A stretch of 64,000 bases of DNA from Gammaproteobacteria bacterium (GCA_965222155.1 CBDCTH010000012.1:1344001-1408000), one strand, 5' to 3'; counted from the first letter of the stretch, positions 1 to 10,977 are shown. Notes: a model not told the origin generated them from the letters alone. A program made the numbers and translations.

Positions 1-265
1 TCGGGTACGACCCGGCCGCTTTGATCTTGCCTTGTCCTTGAGCTTGGTTGAGCTTTCGCCCCCGGACTGATTTTTAGACGTGATTTACCGACTATACATG
101 GGATATATAGTTCGCTGTTTGGATAATTACAAGAAATAATTTACCGAGGCTCTCCGCCATAGGTATTACAAAAATCTAGCAGTCTCCACCATAATTGGAA
201 CTCATCAGGGAAAACAGGGGGCACGTGCCACCGATAACCCGCCACTCTTCGTTGGCAAGCGCCGC

Positions 266-1390
266 TTAGCCAAGCCGACTATATTGACGCATGATTGACA
301 CTAGTTTCTCTTGATCAATTGCAGCCAGAGTGTAGCCGGGCGGTTTGACCGTCGGCACTGATTCCGCTGCGATCATGGCATTGATAATGGCTTCCTCCAC
401 TGACTGCGCGGCTGCTGCGAAGACGTCATCACAATAATGATCATTGATAAAATCAAGTTGATAGCTACCGGGATGTGGCCCTGCCATACCTGGGAACTCA
501 ATTTTGTTGGCAACGGAAAACGCCAGGATGATGTCACCGGAGTAGTGACCGCCGGGTGACCCGGTGCGGGCAATCCCCATTGCCCCGCGCTTGGCCAGAC
601 GCTGAAGTTGTATGGGTAACATAGGTGCGTCTGTAGCAATGATGACGATGATGGAACCCTGCTCATGACCTGTGATCTCGGAGATAATGGCATTTTCCGT
701 GAGGTGTTTTCCCACCGGCACGCCACATATAGTGCATTCCCGGCGTGAGCCAAAATTTGACTGCACCAGTGCCGCTACGGTGTAAGCGCGGCCCTCTCTA
801 TCTATCTGTCTGGATGCCGTTCCGGTGCCGCCCTTGAACTCATAGGTCATCATGCCGGCCCCGCCGCCGACATTGCCTTCAGCCACGGGGCCGGTAGCAG
901 CGCCATTCAATGCCTCGAAAACGTGGCGCTCCTCTACGTGCAGACCGCAGATATCATTGGTCAGACCATCGTAGGTCTCGGCGATCACGGGCATGGCCCA
1001 GGCATGATCATCGATGAACCGGTCAGGGTCGTTTTCTATCATCCATTTCACCGTTGCGTGATGAGCCATGCCGATCGAATGGGAATTGGTGATGCAAACG
1101 GGACTCATGAAGTACCCGGCATCGTTGATCCAGTGTGTGCCGGTCATCTCACCATTGCCATTGAGGTTGAAATGACCGGCCCAGACGGGCAGGTTCTGCT
1201 CCAGCCGGCCCCTTGGCAGGATCGCGGTGACGCCCGTGAGCACAGGCCCGTTGCCAACTGTCAAGTCACCGCTGCCTTTTTTAATGGTACAGAAACCCAC
1301 TTCGACACCAGGAACATCGGTGATGGCATTGTAGCGGCCGGGCGTGCCGTCAAAGGGAAGACCCAGGTCCCGCGCTCTCTTATTACTCAT
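266..1390 (-). CDS. DmpA/P1 family (S58) aminopeptidase
   Basis: N-terminal RARDLG..GTPG.YNAITDVPGVEVG, EGNVGGGAGM, and the autoprocessing G|SIIVIIATDAP motif. Confidence 0.9.
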   Translation of the reverse strand: MSNKRARDLGLPFDGTPGRYNAITDVPGVEVGFCTIKKGSGDLTVGNGPVLTGVTAILPRGRLEQNLPVWAGHFNLNGNGEMTGTHWINDAGYFMSPVCITNSHSIGMAHHATVKWMIENDPDRFIDDHAWAMPVIAETYDGLTNDICGLHVEERHVFEALNGAATGPVAEGNVGGGAGMMTYEFKGGTGTASRQIDREGRAYTVAALVQSNFGSRRECTICGVPVGKHLTENAIISEITGHEQGSIIVIIATDAPMLPIQLQRLAKRGAMGIARTGSPGGHYSGDIILAFSVANKIEFPGMAGPHPGSYQLDFINDHYCDDVFAAAAQSVEEAIINAMIAAESVPTVKPPGYTLAAIDQEKLVSIMRQYSRLG

Positions 1391-2534
1391 GGCTGTATCT
1401 CTTCGCCGCCGGAATAAAACACAAAAAGCTGATCATAACACTGAGTGCGACCAGTATATTAAGGGCGGAAAAATCATTGGCGCTGATAACCAGCCCCGCA
1501 AGCGTGGGACCTAGCGAAGCACCCAGAGCATGAAAAGCCGGCACCACCGCAATACCCCGGCCTGACCCGTCGACAGCCGAGACCACGGCATACTGGTAGG
1601 CCAGGGAATAATTCCAGGCAAAGTTATAAATACCGACAGCCAGGATATAGACTACGAGATGTGAGGATAATGTCAGCAGTACCGCAGTGATCACCGTCCC
1701 GACTGTCGCTATCAGCAGGGGTTGCAGGCGGCCATGGCGATCCCCCTGCCAGGACGCGGCGAGTGAACCGGCAATTCCCACTGCCACGCCGACGGCCAGG
1801 CTGTTACCGATGGTTTGCGGCGTATACCCGGCAGCATTTCCCATACGCTCAATGAAGGCCCAGAAACAACCCACGTTGAAAAAGAAAAAGAAACACCCGG
1901 CCAGTGCGTAAAGGACTTTTGACTGGACAAAGACAGCGAAGGGTTTATTGATGACCTGTGCTTTGCCGGAACGGGGCAACAGTTTTATGACGGCAAGGCC
2001 AATCAGATCCATAACGATCAGAAAGATCAACATTGCATCAAGACCGCCGGACTCGATGAGACTCGGCAACAGTAACAGCCCAAGCACCTGGAAACTCACC
2101 TGTGTTGCAATGGAATAACCGAAAATCCGATCCGGTTTGCTGTTATCAGAGAGAATCGTCAGCGCCAGCGAATAGGTAGCGCTCCCACCCAGGCCGATCA
2201 GAACTACAGCACCGAGAAAGAGAATAAAGTTGTCCTGCAGCAGCAGGGCGCTGATATTGCCAATCAGCATGACTGCCACCGTGCCGGTCGACAATCGTAT
2301 CCAGTCGAATTTCCTTACCAGGAATATTGCCAGCAGGGAGCTGATAGCGGCAGCGGCCATCATTACACCCGCCAGAATCCCGAGCCGGCTTTCCACCAGT
2401 CGCAAGTCTTCAGCCGCGGCGCCGATAAACAGAGGAAGCAGCAGAAAACAACTGGCGCCTACGACGCACAGCAAAATGCCGGTGGCCACGGTTCGTCCTG
2501 AATCAAGTACCTCAGTTACTGTTTGATCAGCCAT
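1383..2534 (-). CDS. MFS transporter
   Basis: 383 aa with about 12 hydrophobic segments; overlaps the peptidase start by 8 nt. Confidence 0.8.
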   Translation of the reverse strand: MADQTVTEVLDSGRTVATGILLCVVGASCFLLLPLFIGAAAEDLRLVESRLGILAGVMMAAAAISSLLAIFLVRKFDWIRLSTGTVAVMLIGNISALLLQDNFILFLGAVVLIGLGGSATYSLALTILSDNSKPDRIFGYSIATQVSFQVLGLLLLPSLIESGGLDAMLIFLIVMDLIGLAVIKLLPRSGKAQVINKPFAVFVQSKVLYALAGCFFFFFNVGCFWAFIERMGNAAGYTPQTIGNSLAVGVAVGIAGSLAASWQGDRHGRLQPLLIATVGTVITAVLLTLSSHLVVYILAVGIYNFAWNYSLAYQYAVVSAVDGSGRGIAVVPAFHALGASLGPTLAGLVISANDFSALNILVALSVMISFLCFIPAAKRYSHE

Positions 2535-2726
2535 ACAGTAATTTTAATGGCATAAGGGAAATCCCTGCACAGGTTATATAATCCGTAGTCTCTACTGTCC
2601 AGGAAATTTGTGCCAGGCACAAGCAATGATGTGCAGGTTTACGTTGTTTGCAGGAACCGCAGCCTGGTTTTTGGGAAAGGACCACAACATTATAAATATG
2701 TAAATACTTGATGCATGAGCACAGTA

Positions 2727-2748
2727 TGTATATACTCACGTATATACA
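2727..2748. promoter_or_regulatory. Palindromic operator upstream of vapBC
   Basis: TGTATATAC-tcac-GTATATACA, perfect 9-bp arms about 25 nt upstream of the antitoxin ATG. Confidence 0.6.
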
Positions 2749-2771
2749 AAATAAATTCGGCGGAAGTTTCC

Positions 2772-3014
2772 ATGCATGAGCAAATTACAAAAGTATTCAA
2801 AAGCGGCAACAGCCAGGCTGTGAGGCTGCCCCGTGATTTTCGGTTGGATAGTGATGAAGTACTGATTAGAAAAGAAGGGAAAAACATCGTTATCTCACCG
2901 TTACCGACATCATGGAAAGGCTTTATGGACGATACTTCCCCATTATCTGATGATTTTTCCACTGAAGGTGCGCAACTGCCTAATGATATGCCGCGTACTG
3001 TATTGAAGGATTAA
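2772..3014 (+). CDS. vapB: VapB antitoxin (AbrB/MazE fold)
   Basis: KVFKSGNSQAVRLPRDFR motif; 2 nt upstream of a PIN gene. Confidence 0.9.
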   Translation: MHEQITKVFKSGNSQAVRLPRDFRLDSDEVLIRKEGKNIVISPLPTSWKGFMDDTSPLSDDFSTEGAQLPNDMPRTVLKD

Positions 3015-3016
3015 AC

Positions 3017-3427
3017 ATGCTTAAATATTTATTGGATACGGATACTTCCATTGCCATCATGAATGATTCCCCCGTCCACGTTCGGCGACAATTGATAAAA
3101 AACAGTATGGACGAGGTGGGTATCTCGGCAATCAGTTTGTATGAGTTGCAATACGGCGTGAGCAAATCAAAAAAACGAAAACAAAACACGTACACATTGA
3201 ATAATTTTCTTGAATATATTCAAGTAATGGAGTGGACAAAGGAATGTGCAAGTACAGCGGGAAACCTGCGCGCTGAGCTTGAAAAAAGCGGCAATCTGAT
3301 TGGTCCGTATGATCTACTGATAGCGGCGCATGCCAAGACCCTGAGGACAACGCTTGTTACGCATAACGTGAAAGAATTTATACGCGTCGGTGGCCTCAAG
3401 ATAAAGGATTGGGTGGGAAGTCGTTAG
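3017..3427 (+). CDS. vapC: VapC PIN-domain ribonuclease toxin
   Basis: YLLDTD, ELQYG, IGPYDLLIAAHA, LVTHNVKEF.RV.GL motifs. Confidence 0.92.
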   Translation: MLKYLLDTDTSIAIMNDSPVHVRRQLIKNSMDEVGISAISLYELQYGVSKSKKRKQNTYTLNNFLEYIQVMEWTKECASTAGNLRAELEKSGNLIGPYDLLIAAHAKTLRTTLVTHNVKEFIRVGGLKIKDWVGSR

Positions 3428-3577
3428 GGTGACTACGTTCTTTCCTGAAATTTGTAACGGCTAGCTCTCCGCCACGTAATCACGTGTCCTGAACGGACAC
3501 TCTGGTACCGTTTTAAGGGGGCAGGTCAGTCTCACCAATTTTGTGGTTTAGATTGGTCCAGTATTACGAGGGGGAGG

Positions 3578-4384
3578 TCACATGTAGGTTTGAAGGAAAC
3601 GTGTGATTCCTGTTACATAGACATCTTTGCTGAATAAATACCCGCTATTATGATCCCCGGAAATAGAGAGAAACATTTTCGGTTCCCGCGCGAATTTAAA
3701 CAAGCGTTGTCCGAATCTGACCGGTATCAACTCATCTTGAGGGCTATGGATAATTAAGACCGGGCAGTTGAACGAGGTAATTTGTTTATCTACAGGATAA
3801 TGTATCCGTGAAATCCAGGAAACCGGCAAGTAGGGATAATAATATTTTCCCAGCTCTTTAATGGATGTAAATGTGGATTCCAGTATTACCGCTGCGGGCA
3901 TGATCTTTGCGGCTAATGAAGCGGCTACTGCACCGCCCAGGGAACGACCGAATACGATAATCTCATCCGGGTGTAACTGGCGTTCATCAACCAGATAATC
4001 CCAGGCGGCCATTGCGTCCTGGTATGTCCCGTGCTCGGAAGGTCGCCCATCACTGTTACCGTATCCGCGGTAATCGATAATGAAAACTGATAAACCGATG
4101 TCATAAAATATGGAAATTGATTCAATACGATGAGAAATATTCCCGGCATTACCATGAAAAAACAGCAGGGTTGCTTTCGCATCTGGATTATGTACATACC
4201 AACCGTGGATTTTTATTTTATCATCCGTGACCAGGTAAACGTCCTCATAATCCAAACCGATGGTTGCGGGCGTGTCGCCAATCCTTTTGCCAGGAAAAAA
4301 GATCATTTTTTCCTGGAATACAAAGAGCAGGGCCATAAAGCCAAGACAAAGTATTAAGACGATAAGAACAAGGGAACTCAGCAT
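3578..4384 (-). CDS. Alpha/beta hydrolase with N-terminal membrane anchor (ABHD13/Bem46-like)
   Basis: LFFHGNAGN, DYRGYG, GRSLGG nucleophile elbow, HSPQDE; start chosen at ATG 4384. Confidence 0.85.
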   Translation of the reverse strand: MLSSLVLIVLILCLGFMALLFVFQEKMIFFPGKRIGDTPATIGLDYEDVYLVTDDKIKIHGWYVHNPDAKATLLFFHGNAGNISHRIESISIFYDIGLSVFIIDYRGYGNSDGRPSEHGTYQDAMAAWDYLVDERQLHPDEIIVFGRSLGGAVAASLAAKIMPAAVILESTFTSIKELGKYYYPYLPVSWISRIHYPVDKQITSFNCPVLIIHSPQDELIPVRFGQRLFKFAREPKMFLSISGDHNSGYLFSKDVYVTGITRFLQTYM

Positions 4385-4503
4385 ACGATTTAAAAGCGGC
4401 ATCAAGAAAGTAAAAAACTGGGAAGTCCGGATATGGTACGTTAATCAGTTGACCTTTTACCAAGCTGTGTGTAGGCCAATTGAAGGGGAGGGGGTCAAAG
4501 TCT

Positions 4504-4881
4504 TTATCTCCCGATAAAATTTTCCAATCTTGCGAAATCGTTGTCCGCGGTTTCCAGGCCCACTTTGTGATATTGTGCGCAAGCCGCGATGACCAAATCG
4601 CTGGCAGGTACCGTGATACCTTGCTCACGGGCTTGGCGGGCGAGGTCATATGCTGTGTGCCATACGCCATCAGTTATCGGAAGTTCCGGGAGTACCTTGG
4701 CGAAATCCCGCAAAACCTTTTTCTCCTGATTGCCGCCGGCGCCATTCCACAGTTCCAGTTGAATAAGCGGGCACCAGCAAGCCTCGCCTGATTGCAACGC
4801 ATTCTCGACCCTGGACCGAACCGCGGGGTCGCCCTGGGGGCGAAGCAAATGGATCCAGGATGAACTATCGATAAGGATCAA
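4504..4881 (-). CDS. PIN-domain (VapC-like) toxin
   Basis: ILIDSSSWI, ELWNG, DLVIAACA, TADNDF. Confidence 0.85.
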   Translation of the reverse strand: MILIDSSSWIHLLRPQGDPAVRSRVENALQSGEACWCPLIQLELWNGAGGNQEKKVLRDFAKVLPELPITDGVWHTAYDLARQAREQGITVPASDLVIAACAQYHKVGLETADNDFARLENFIGR

Positions 4882-4886
4882 GGAAC

Positions 4887-5090
4887 TCAGCCCAGGCGGC
4901 GCTGCTCTTGCAACATTTCGACGGTTATCAATGCCTCGCAGGTGCCGGCATGTTTTATGAGTTGCGCCATGCGTTTACGCCGGTTGAAATCAGTAATGGC
5001 TGTCACCACTGCCTCACGTTTGGTTTTTGCATTGGTAAAACGCATCGTATCTGCCAGTTCCTTGTCAGGAATATCAATAGTAGTTTTCAT
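4887..5090 (-). CDS. VapB-like antitoxin (ribbon-helix-helix type)
   Basis: MKTTIDIPDKEL...TKREAVVTA; directly upstream of the PIN gene. Confidence 0.8.
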   Translation of the reverse strand: MKTTIDIPDKELADTMRFTNAKTKREAVVTAITDFNRRKRMAQLIKHAGTCEALITVEMLQEQRRLG

Positions 5091-5124
5091 GATGCAATAT
5101 TAGAGTAATTAAGATGCTATATCA

Positions 5125-5152
5125 ATAAAAATTATAATATAAAAATTATAAT
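5125..5152. repeat. 14-bp tandem duplication in the TA promoter region
   Basis: ATAAAAATTATAAT x2. Confidence 0.6.
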
Positions 5153-5355
5153 ATTATTTCAGATTGATAATAATCCCATCAGGTAAGCATAATCTGCTGC
5201 CGTTCCGCCTGCGTTTATGAACATGTCAAACGTATGACTGGCCTTCCAATCTCCGCTAGTCACAAACTTCAGACTGGGGATGAATTGCTAAGCGCCGAAT
5301 GGAACAGTTACAGGAAGCAGGCCAGTTGCCGTATCTTGGGGCCGGTCACAGGGTA

Positions 5356-8067
5356 TCATCTCGCCATCCTTGATAATGTTTTTCTGCTTCTGATACCCAG
5401 TTTAGTGAAGATATTTTTTAAGTGAAATTTAACGGTATTTTCAGTACATCCACAGAGTCTGGCGATTTCCTTATTCGAATAACCACCACAAACATAATCC
5501 GCAATTTCCTGCTCTCTGATAGTTAATATTTTTGAGGAACGACTTTTACGTTTGTTATCTTCCCTGTCAATGATATGGATGAGGTCAATTAAAAAAGAGC
5601 GTTTCAGGCGGTTTATCGGGAACAGTTGACTGTCAGAAAGTGCCCTTTGCAATATATCCTGTTGTTCATCACTAAATTCAATGAAGGGTCGTTTAAATCC
5701 TTCAAACATCGCGAGAGAAACTGCCTCATTCAGCTTTGTTAATGCCTGTTTATATTTACCTGACTTGTAATAGGCCAGCGTTATTATATACAGTAATGAA
5801 ATCAAGCTCCGACGACTATTGTTACGTTTAGCATTATTCAGTAGAGGCTCAATGATTTCTATTGCATCATCAGGAGCGTTATTTTTTATATGGTAGTACG
5901 CCAGGGTTAAACCCGCTTCATCTACAATTCGGTGGTTTATAAATTCCTTTTCCATGTCGGTTTCCATTAATTCATGCAGGTGTAGCCTTGTAATATTCCA
6001 TTTTGCTTTAAGCAGTTTGTTCTCCTTTATCAGTAGACGGATGTAACGCATCATGGTGAACAACCTGAGGCGCCGTATGTTACGGCGCTTGCCCGTAAGG
6101 GAGGCGTTTCGTAAAATCGTTGCTGTATTATTCGTGCTTTCAAGGACTTGTGCGATGTTAGCAGCCGTCATATAGGCGGAAAGATAAACATCAAACCAAG
6201 CTTCAGATTGTTCTATTCTGGGAAAAGCAACCTTCAAGTACTCTTTGGCCTGTCCAAAATCATTTTTCTCGTAGCAAACCTCAGTCAAGTGGGCCGCAGC
6301 TATCGCAGCCATATCACTGTCTATTCCAAAATTTTCGGTCGCCAGTTGATAGCCTTCATTATAGAGTTGCTCAGCATCATGTAGTCTTCCTTGCGCCAGA
6401 CAGATTTTACCCAGGTGAAAGTACATGTAATTTTCACCATATATTGATCGTAATTCTTTAAAATGAAAGATTGAACTTTCGCCTGCACGATAGGCCTTAT
6501 CGAAACTGCTGTTGTCAAAGTATGCATAACATAGAAAATTGAATAAGATTGCTTGTAGAAAGTGGTCTTTTTTACTAACTCCTTTCAATACGGCTTCCAT
6601 CTTCGCAATATGTAGAGGTGTTTGTGGCCTGTCTTCCAGTGCAGCGAGAAAAAAATCAACGACACTGGCTTCAACAATGAAAGAGGGTGATAAAGGACTG
6701 CCATTTACAACTGTAAAATTCTGTGTGTCTTCACGGTAGAATTTATACAATTCTACCGCTTCAGACGTATTGCCGGATTTTGCTATGAGTAATAAGTAAC
6801 CCAGGTAAGTGCTGGGATAGTTGCGTAATACATCATCAGGCAGGCGTTCCAATATCTTTATCAGTGTTGAGATCCTTCCATCCAATATATAATGCCAACC
6901 ACCCGCACGTTCCGTCACTGAAGCCAGGAAGTTCGGATCACGGCTTGCTATTGCATGCCTCAAGGCCTCTGCAGTGTTATTTCTATCCAGGTACCAATTT
7001 GCCATGGAACGATGAAGCGAACTTGCATCAATCCTGCTTTCTTTTTTAAAACGATCGAGGAGGAATTCATATAACAGATGATGATATCGGTACCAGTTGC
7101 GATTCTCATCGAGCGGAATGACTAAATCACGCTGAAATAAATCATTCATTATTTTCCAGCCACCATTTGTCAGGCAAAGTGCGTTGATTACATCTCCATT
7201 CAGTTCATTAACAATAGATGTTCTTAACATTACCTCCTGAGTTGTTGCTGGCAGGTTGCTGAAAATTTCCGTCATCAGAAAAGTCGTAAAATCGCTTGAT
7301 TGATTAATAAAACTGTCGATTTGAATATCAGAATTTTTGCTGAGCCAGGTTTTCGAAAACTCTATGGCCGCCGGCCATCCTTCGGTTTTTTCGTGCAGTA
7401 ATTTGATTAATTCATCTGTGAATTCAGCCTGCCCGGATAAGTTTAGATAATCATGGGTTTCAGCTTGTGTTAACGCAAGATCATCGCTGGTTAACTCAAA
7501 GTAAGAGCCTGAAAGCTGTAAGCGGCCTTTCAATGACGTCGGAGATTCCCTGCTGGTAATCACAAAATGTGTATTTTGGAATGTTGATTCAATGATCATC
7601 TGTAGAAGTTTCTGCGAATTTTTCTCAACAAGCAGATGATGATCATCAAGCAGGAAATATACCGATGTCTCAAGTCCGGATAGACTGTTAACAATAAGGT
7701 TGAAGGCTTGATTTTCTTCCAGTCCGTGAAAACCATGAAATGCGGCGTCCAGAATTTCCCTGGATATAAGGCCGGTGTTATCAAGTGATGCAATGAAATA
7801 GGCCAGAAACTGAACCGGGTCATCTCCCGTGTTATCCAGTGTAAGCCAACCGCAGTTTATTGAACGGTTCTGTAAGCCTGCATGATACTGTGATAGCAAG
7901 GTCGTTTTGCCATAACCTGCCGGCGCATGAATAATGATCAGATGTGTATCGCTGTGTTGCGACAGTTTTGCCAGCAATGCTTCCCGATTGATTGCTGATT
8001 CTGAGTATCGAAGTGGCCGCATCCGGTTCAGGAGCAGACGTTCACCCTCAGCTTTCATGTATATCAC
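5356..8067 (-). CDS. MalT-family large ATP-binding LuxR regulator
   Basis: Walker A APAGYGKTT, TEGWPAA, WYRYHHLL, helical middle region, C-terminal LuxR HTH (LTIREQEI...SNKEIA...TVKFHLKNIFTKLG). Confidence 0.92.
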   Translation of the reverse strand: MIYMKAEGERLLLNRMRPLRYSESAINREALLAKLSQHSDTHLIIIHAPAGYGKTTLLSQYHAGLQNRSINCGWLTLDNTGDDPVQFLAYFIASLDNTGLISREILDAAFHGFHGLEENQAFNLIVNSLSGLETSVYFLLDDHHLLVEKNSQKLLQMIIESTFQNTHFVITSRESPTSLKGRLQLSGSYFELTSDDLALTQAETHDYLNLSGQAEFTDELIKLLHEKTEGWPAAIEFSKTWLSKNSDIQIDSFINQSSDFTTFLMTEIFSNLPATTQEVMLRTSIVNELNGDVINALCLTNGGWKIMNDLFQRDLVIPLDENRNWYRYHHLLYEFLLDRFKKESRIDASSLHRSMANWYLDRNNTAEALRHAIASRDPNFLASVTERAGGWHYILDGRISTLIKILERLPDDVLRNYPSTYLGYLLLIAKSGNTSEAVELYKFYREDTQNFTVVNGSPLSPSFIVEASVVDFFLAALEDRPQTPLHIAKMEAVLKGVSKKDHFLQAILFNFLCYAYFDNSSFDKAYRAGESSIFHFKELRSIYGENYMYFHLGKICLAQGRLHDAEQLYNEGYQLATENFGIDSDMAAIAAAHLTEVCYEKNDFGQAKEYLKVAFPRIEQSEAWFDVYLSAYMTAANIAQVLESTNNTATILRNASLTGKRRNIRRLRLFTMMRYIRLLIKENKLLKAKWNITRLHLHELMETDMEKEFINHRIVDEAGLTLAYYHIKNNAPDDAIEIIEPLLNNAKRNNSRRSLISLLYIITLAYYKSGKYKQALTKLNEAVSLAMFEGFKRPFIEFSDEQQDILQRALSDSQLFPINRLKRSFLIDLIHIIDREDNKRKSRSSKILTIREQEIADYVCGGYSNKEIARLCGCTENTVKFHLKNIFTKLGIRSRKTLSRMAR

Positions 8068-8158
8068 TCCCTTGCGTTATCACCACGATGCATGATACGA
8101 AAGGCAACGAGGGTGTAAAAGTAATGGAAGTAAGTTGCATAGTTCGTATCTTAACTGA

Positions 8159-8232
8159 ACCTACCCGTTTATGACAATAAACCTACTCATGTTTAATTTT
8201 ATACCTACTAGATAAACCTCTGAGTCTACTCT
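8159..8232. promoter_or_regulatory. Phased CTAC boxes, candidate binding sites of the MalT-like activator
   Basis: CTAC cores at 8161, 8183, 8205 and 8226 (spacing 22/22/21 bp), three preceded by AC, between the divergent regulator and operon. Confidence 0.5.
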
Positions 8233-8308
8233 CTTAACTAATTGATTAAATGTGACTTTTAACTAACATAGGACTCTGGTTTATTTTTTCCTGGGGGATT
8301 TTGTCATA

Positions 8309-9853
8309 GTGAGAATTGGTGTAGATGTTGGAGGGACCAACACCGATGCTGTGCTGATGGCTGATACAAAAGTGCGTGCGACGCACAAAGCACCCACCAG
8401 TGCGAACATTAGCGATGGTATTGTCAATGCCATCACTAATGTGTTGATGGTCTCACGGGTGTCAGTGCATGACATCCAGGCTGTTATGATCGGCACGACA
8501 CAATTTACCAACGCCTTTATTGAACGGCGTGACTTGTTACCGGTCGGGGTGATACGTCTTGCCTTACCGGCCACCCGTGGTTTGCCCCCCCTGATAGATT
8601 GGCCATCAGATGTCGCCGGTGTGATTGGTCAACACGCCTACCTTGTGAAAGGTGGCTATGAATTCGATGGCCGACCTATTTCCCCACTGGATGAACAAGC
8701 CGTTGCCTATGCCGCCAGAGACCTTAAACGAAAAGGGGTACGGGCGGTCGCGATCAGCGGGGTTTTTTCTCCGGTCAATTCTGACATGGAAGAGCGTGCT
8801 GCCGAAATCGTACATGATGAAATGCCGGATGCATCCATCACCTTGTCCTCACGCATCGGTCGGATCAGTTTGTTAGAACGGGAAAATGCCGCCATTATCA
8901 ACGCCAGCCTGACTGATTTGTCGTTGCAGGTGGTTGATGCATTCAGAAAGGCGCTCTCCCAATTACAGATTAACGCGCGTTTCTATATCAGTCAGAATGA
9001 TGGCACGCTGATGACGGCGGAGCATGTGGAAAAATACCCCGTCTTGACCTTTGCCTCCGGCCCCACCAACAGTATACGCGGCGCGGCGTATTTGTCTGGT
9101 GTCAAAGATGCGCTAGTGGCGGACATCGGGGGCACGACGACGGATATTGGCATGCTGGTGAAAGGTTTTCCGCGAGAATCCTCTGTTACCGTGGATATCG
9201 GCGGTGTGCGAACTAACTTTAGAATGCCGGATATCCTGGCCATAGGCCTGGGCGGCGGCAGCCTGGTGTCGAAAGGCACTCCTGTGAGTATTGGGCCGCA
9301 GTCCGTTGGTTATCAATTGACAGAGAAAGCACTGGTCTTCGGCGGGGATACGCTAACGACCACCGACATAGCGGTGGCGGCGGGTTATGCTGACATCGGC
9401 CAACCAGAGAACGTAGAGACCATATCGTCATCCCTGACTAAATCTGCCGTGGACCGCATTCATGCCATTCTGGAGGATGGCATTGATCGGATTAAAACCA
9501 GTGCTGATCCCATCCCTTTGATCCTGGTCGGTGGCGGATCAATTTTGATCAAGCGCGACATCGCTGGCACTTCTGAACTGATTGTCCCCGAACACGCTGC
9601 CGTGGCGAATGCCATCGGGGCGTCAATCGCACAGGTGGGGGGCGAAGTCGATAAGATTTATTCCTACGAGAATCTCGGTCGTGATGCCTCAATAGCAGAT
9701 GCCAGACAGCAGGCGATTGATGCGGCAGTGGAAGCAGGTGCAGATGAAAACACCGTTGAAATGATAGATTTTGAAGAAATACCTCTCTCTTATATACCAG
9801 GTAATGCTGTTCGTTTACGTGTGAAGACGGCGGGAGAGTTAGCTCTATGTTGA
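8309..9853 (+). CDS. Hydantoinase A/oxoprolinase family protein
   Basis: RIGVDVGGTNTDAV, SGPTNSIRGA, DIGGTTTDIG, VANAIGA. Confidence 0.9.
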   Translation: MRIGVDVGGTNTDAVLMADTKVRATHKAPTSANISDGIVNAITNVLMVSRVSVHDIQAVMIGTTQFTNAFIERRDLLPVGVIRLALPATRGLPPLIDWPSDVAGVIGQHAYLVKGGYEFDGRPISPLDEQAVAYAARDLKRKGVRAVAISGVFSPVNSDMEERAAEIVHDEMPDASITLSSRIGRISLLERENAAIINASLTDLSLQVVDAFRKALSQLQINARFYISQNDGTLMTAEHVEKYPVLTFASGPTNSIRGAAYLSGVKDALVADIGGTTTDIGMLVKGFPRESSVTVDIGGVRTNFRMPDILAIGLGGGSLVSKGTPVSIGPQSVGYQLTEKALVFGGDTLTTTDIAVAAGYADIGQPENVETISSSLTKSAVDRIHAILEDGIDRIKTSADPIPLILVGGGSILIKRDIAGTSELIVPEHAAVANAIGASIAQVGGEVDKIYSYENLGRDASIADARQQAIDAAVEAGADENTVEMIDFEEIPLSYIPGNAVRLRVKTAGELALC

Positions 9854-10977
9854 ATCCCCAGACACGTGCTGCAGAACGCCTGACTATCAGCATGAAAGAT
9901 CTTACCGATCTCGCCCAGGGTGCCGCATTCCTGGGAACCGGCGGTGGTGGTGACCCCTATATTGGCAGGCTCATGGCTGAGCAGGCGATACGGGAATTTG
10001 GTATGCCGGAGATCATCCAGGTCGATGAACTGGACGATGAGGCGGTAATATTTACTGCGGCCATGGTGGGTGCCCCGACTGTCATGATGGAAAAGGGGAC
10101 CGCGGGTGAGGATATCGATCTTTCCATCAAACGTCTTGCCGAGGTCATTGGCAAACAACCTTTTGCAATTTCTCCCATTGAGATAGGTGGCGTTAATTCC
10201 ATGTTACCTGTGGTGGCGGCAGCACGCCTCGGCTTGCCTTTGGTGGACTGTGACGGCATGGGACGTGCCTTCCCGGAGATACAGATGGTGACCTTTAATG
10301 TCTATGGAGTGTCCGCTACACCGGCTGTGATCGTCAATGAACATCTCGAAACCGTAATAGTAGAAACCAGCCATCCGAAACGGGCGGAGGATATTATTCG
10401 AGTGGCTGCAATCCAGATGGGCTTAAGTGTATTAATGAGTGCCTACCCGATGACTGGCAGACAAATAAAGGACTATGGCGTTAGAGGCACCTTAAGTTTG
10501 GCCCTGAATATCGGACGTGCGATCCGCGCAGGTCATGACAAAGGTGAACCAATTGAATCCTTGCTGAGTTATCTACGCAGCACCGATTACTACAATCATT
10601 GCAAGGTGCTATTTGACGGAAAAATAACGGATTTAAGACGGGAAACGATGAAAGGTTTTGCAATGGGGCATTGCGAAATCAGTCACCAGGAAGATAAAAA
10701 TAAACGTCTCCATATCCAGTTCCAGAACGAAATTCTGCTGGCACAAGAGAACGGGCGGACGTTGGCGATTGTCCCCGATCTGATCTGTGTGGTTGATCGT
10801 GAAACTGCCCAGCCCATCACCGTTGAAGCCTTGAAGTTTGGTCAACGCGTCAAGGTGATCGGCACCAGTGCTGCACCGATCATGCGTACTCCTGAGGCAC
10901 TGGCTGTGTTTGGACCGGAAAACTTTGGGATCGGGGAAGCATTTCAAAGAATCGAGGATATTCACGACGATATCTGA
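9847..10977 (+). CDS. DUF917 family protein
   Basis: GAAFLGTGGGGDP, EIGGVNS, DCDGMGRAFPE, VPDLI; typical partner of the upstream gene. Confidence 0.9.
   Translation: MLNPQTRAAERLTISMKDLTDLAQGAAFLGTGGGGDPYIGRLMAEQAIREFGMPEIIQVDELDDEAVIFTAAMVGAPTVMMEKGTAGEDIDLSIKRLAEVIGKQPFAISPIEIGGVNSMLPVVAAARLGLPLVDCDGMGRAFPEIQMVTFNVYGVSATPAVIVNEHLETVIVETSHPKRAEDIIRVAAIQMGLSVLMSAYPMTGRQIKDYGVRGTLSLALNIGRAIRAGHDKGEPIESLLSYLRSTDYYNHCKVLFDGKITDLRRETMKGFAMGHCEISHQEDKNKRLHIQFQNEILLAQENGRTLAIVPDLICVVDRETAQPITVEALKFGQRVKVIGTSAAPIMRTPEALAVFGPENFGIGEAFQRIEDIHDDI

Noticed and set aside
1-99. Minus-strand ORF running off the left edge (…KRPGRTR, TetR-like start)
   Set aside because: The nearest ATG is followed by an in-frame stop, and too little sequence is visible.
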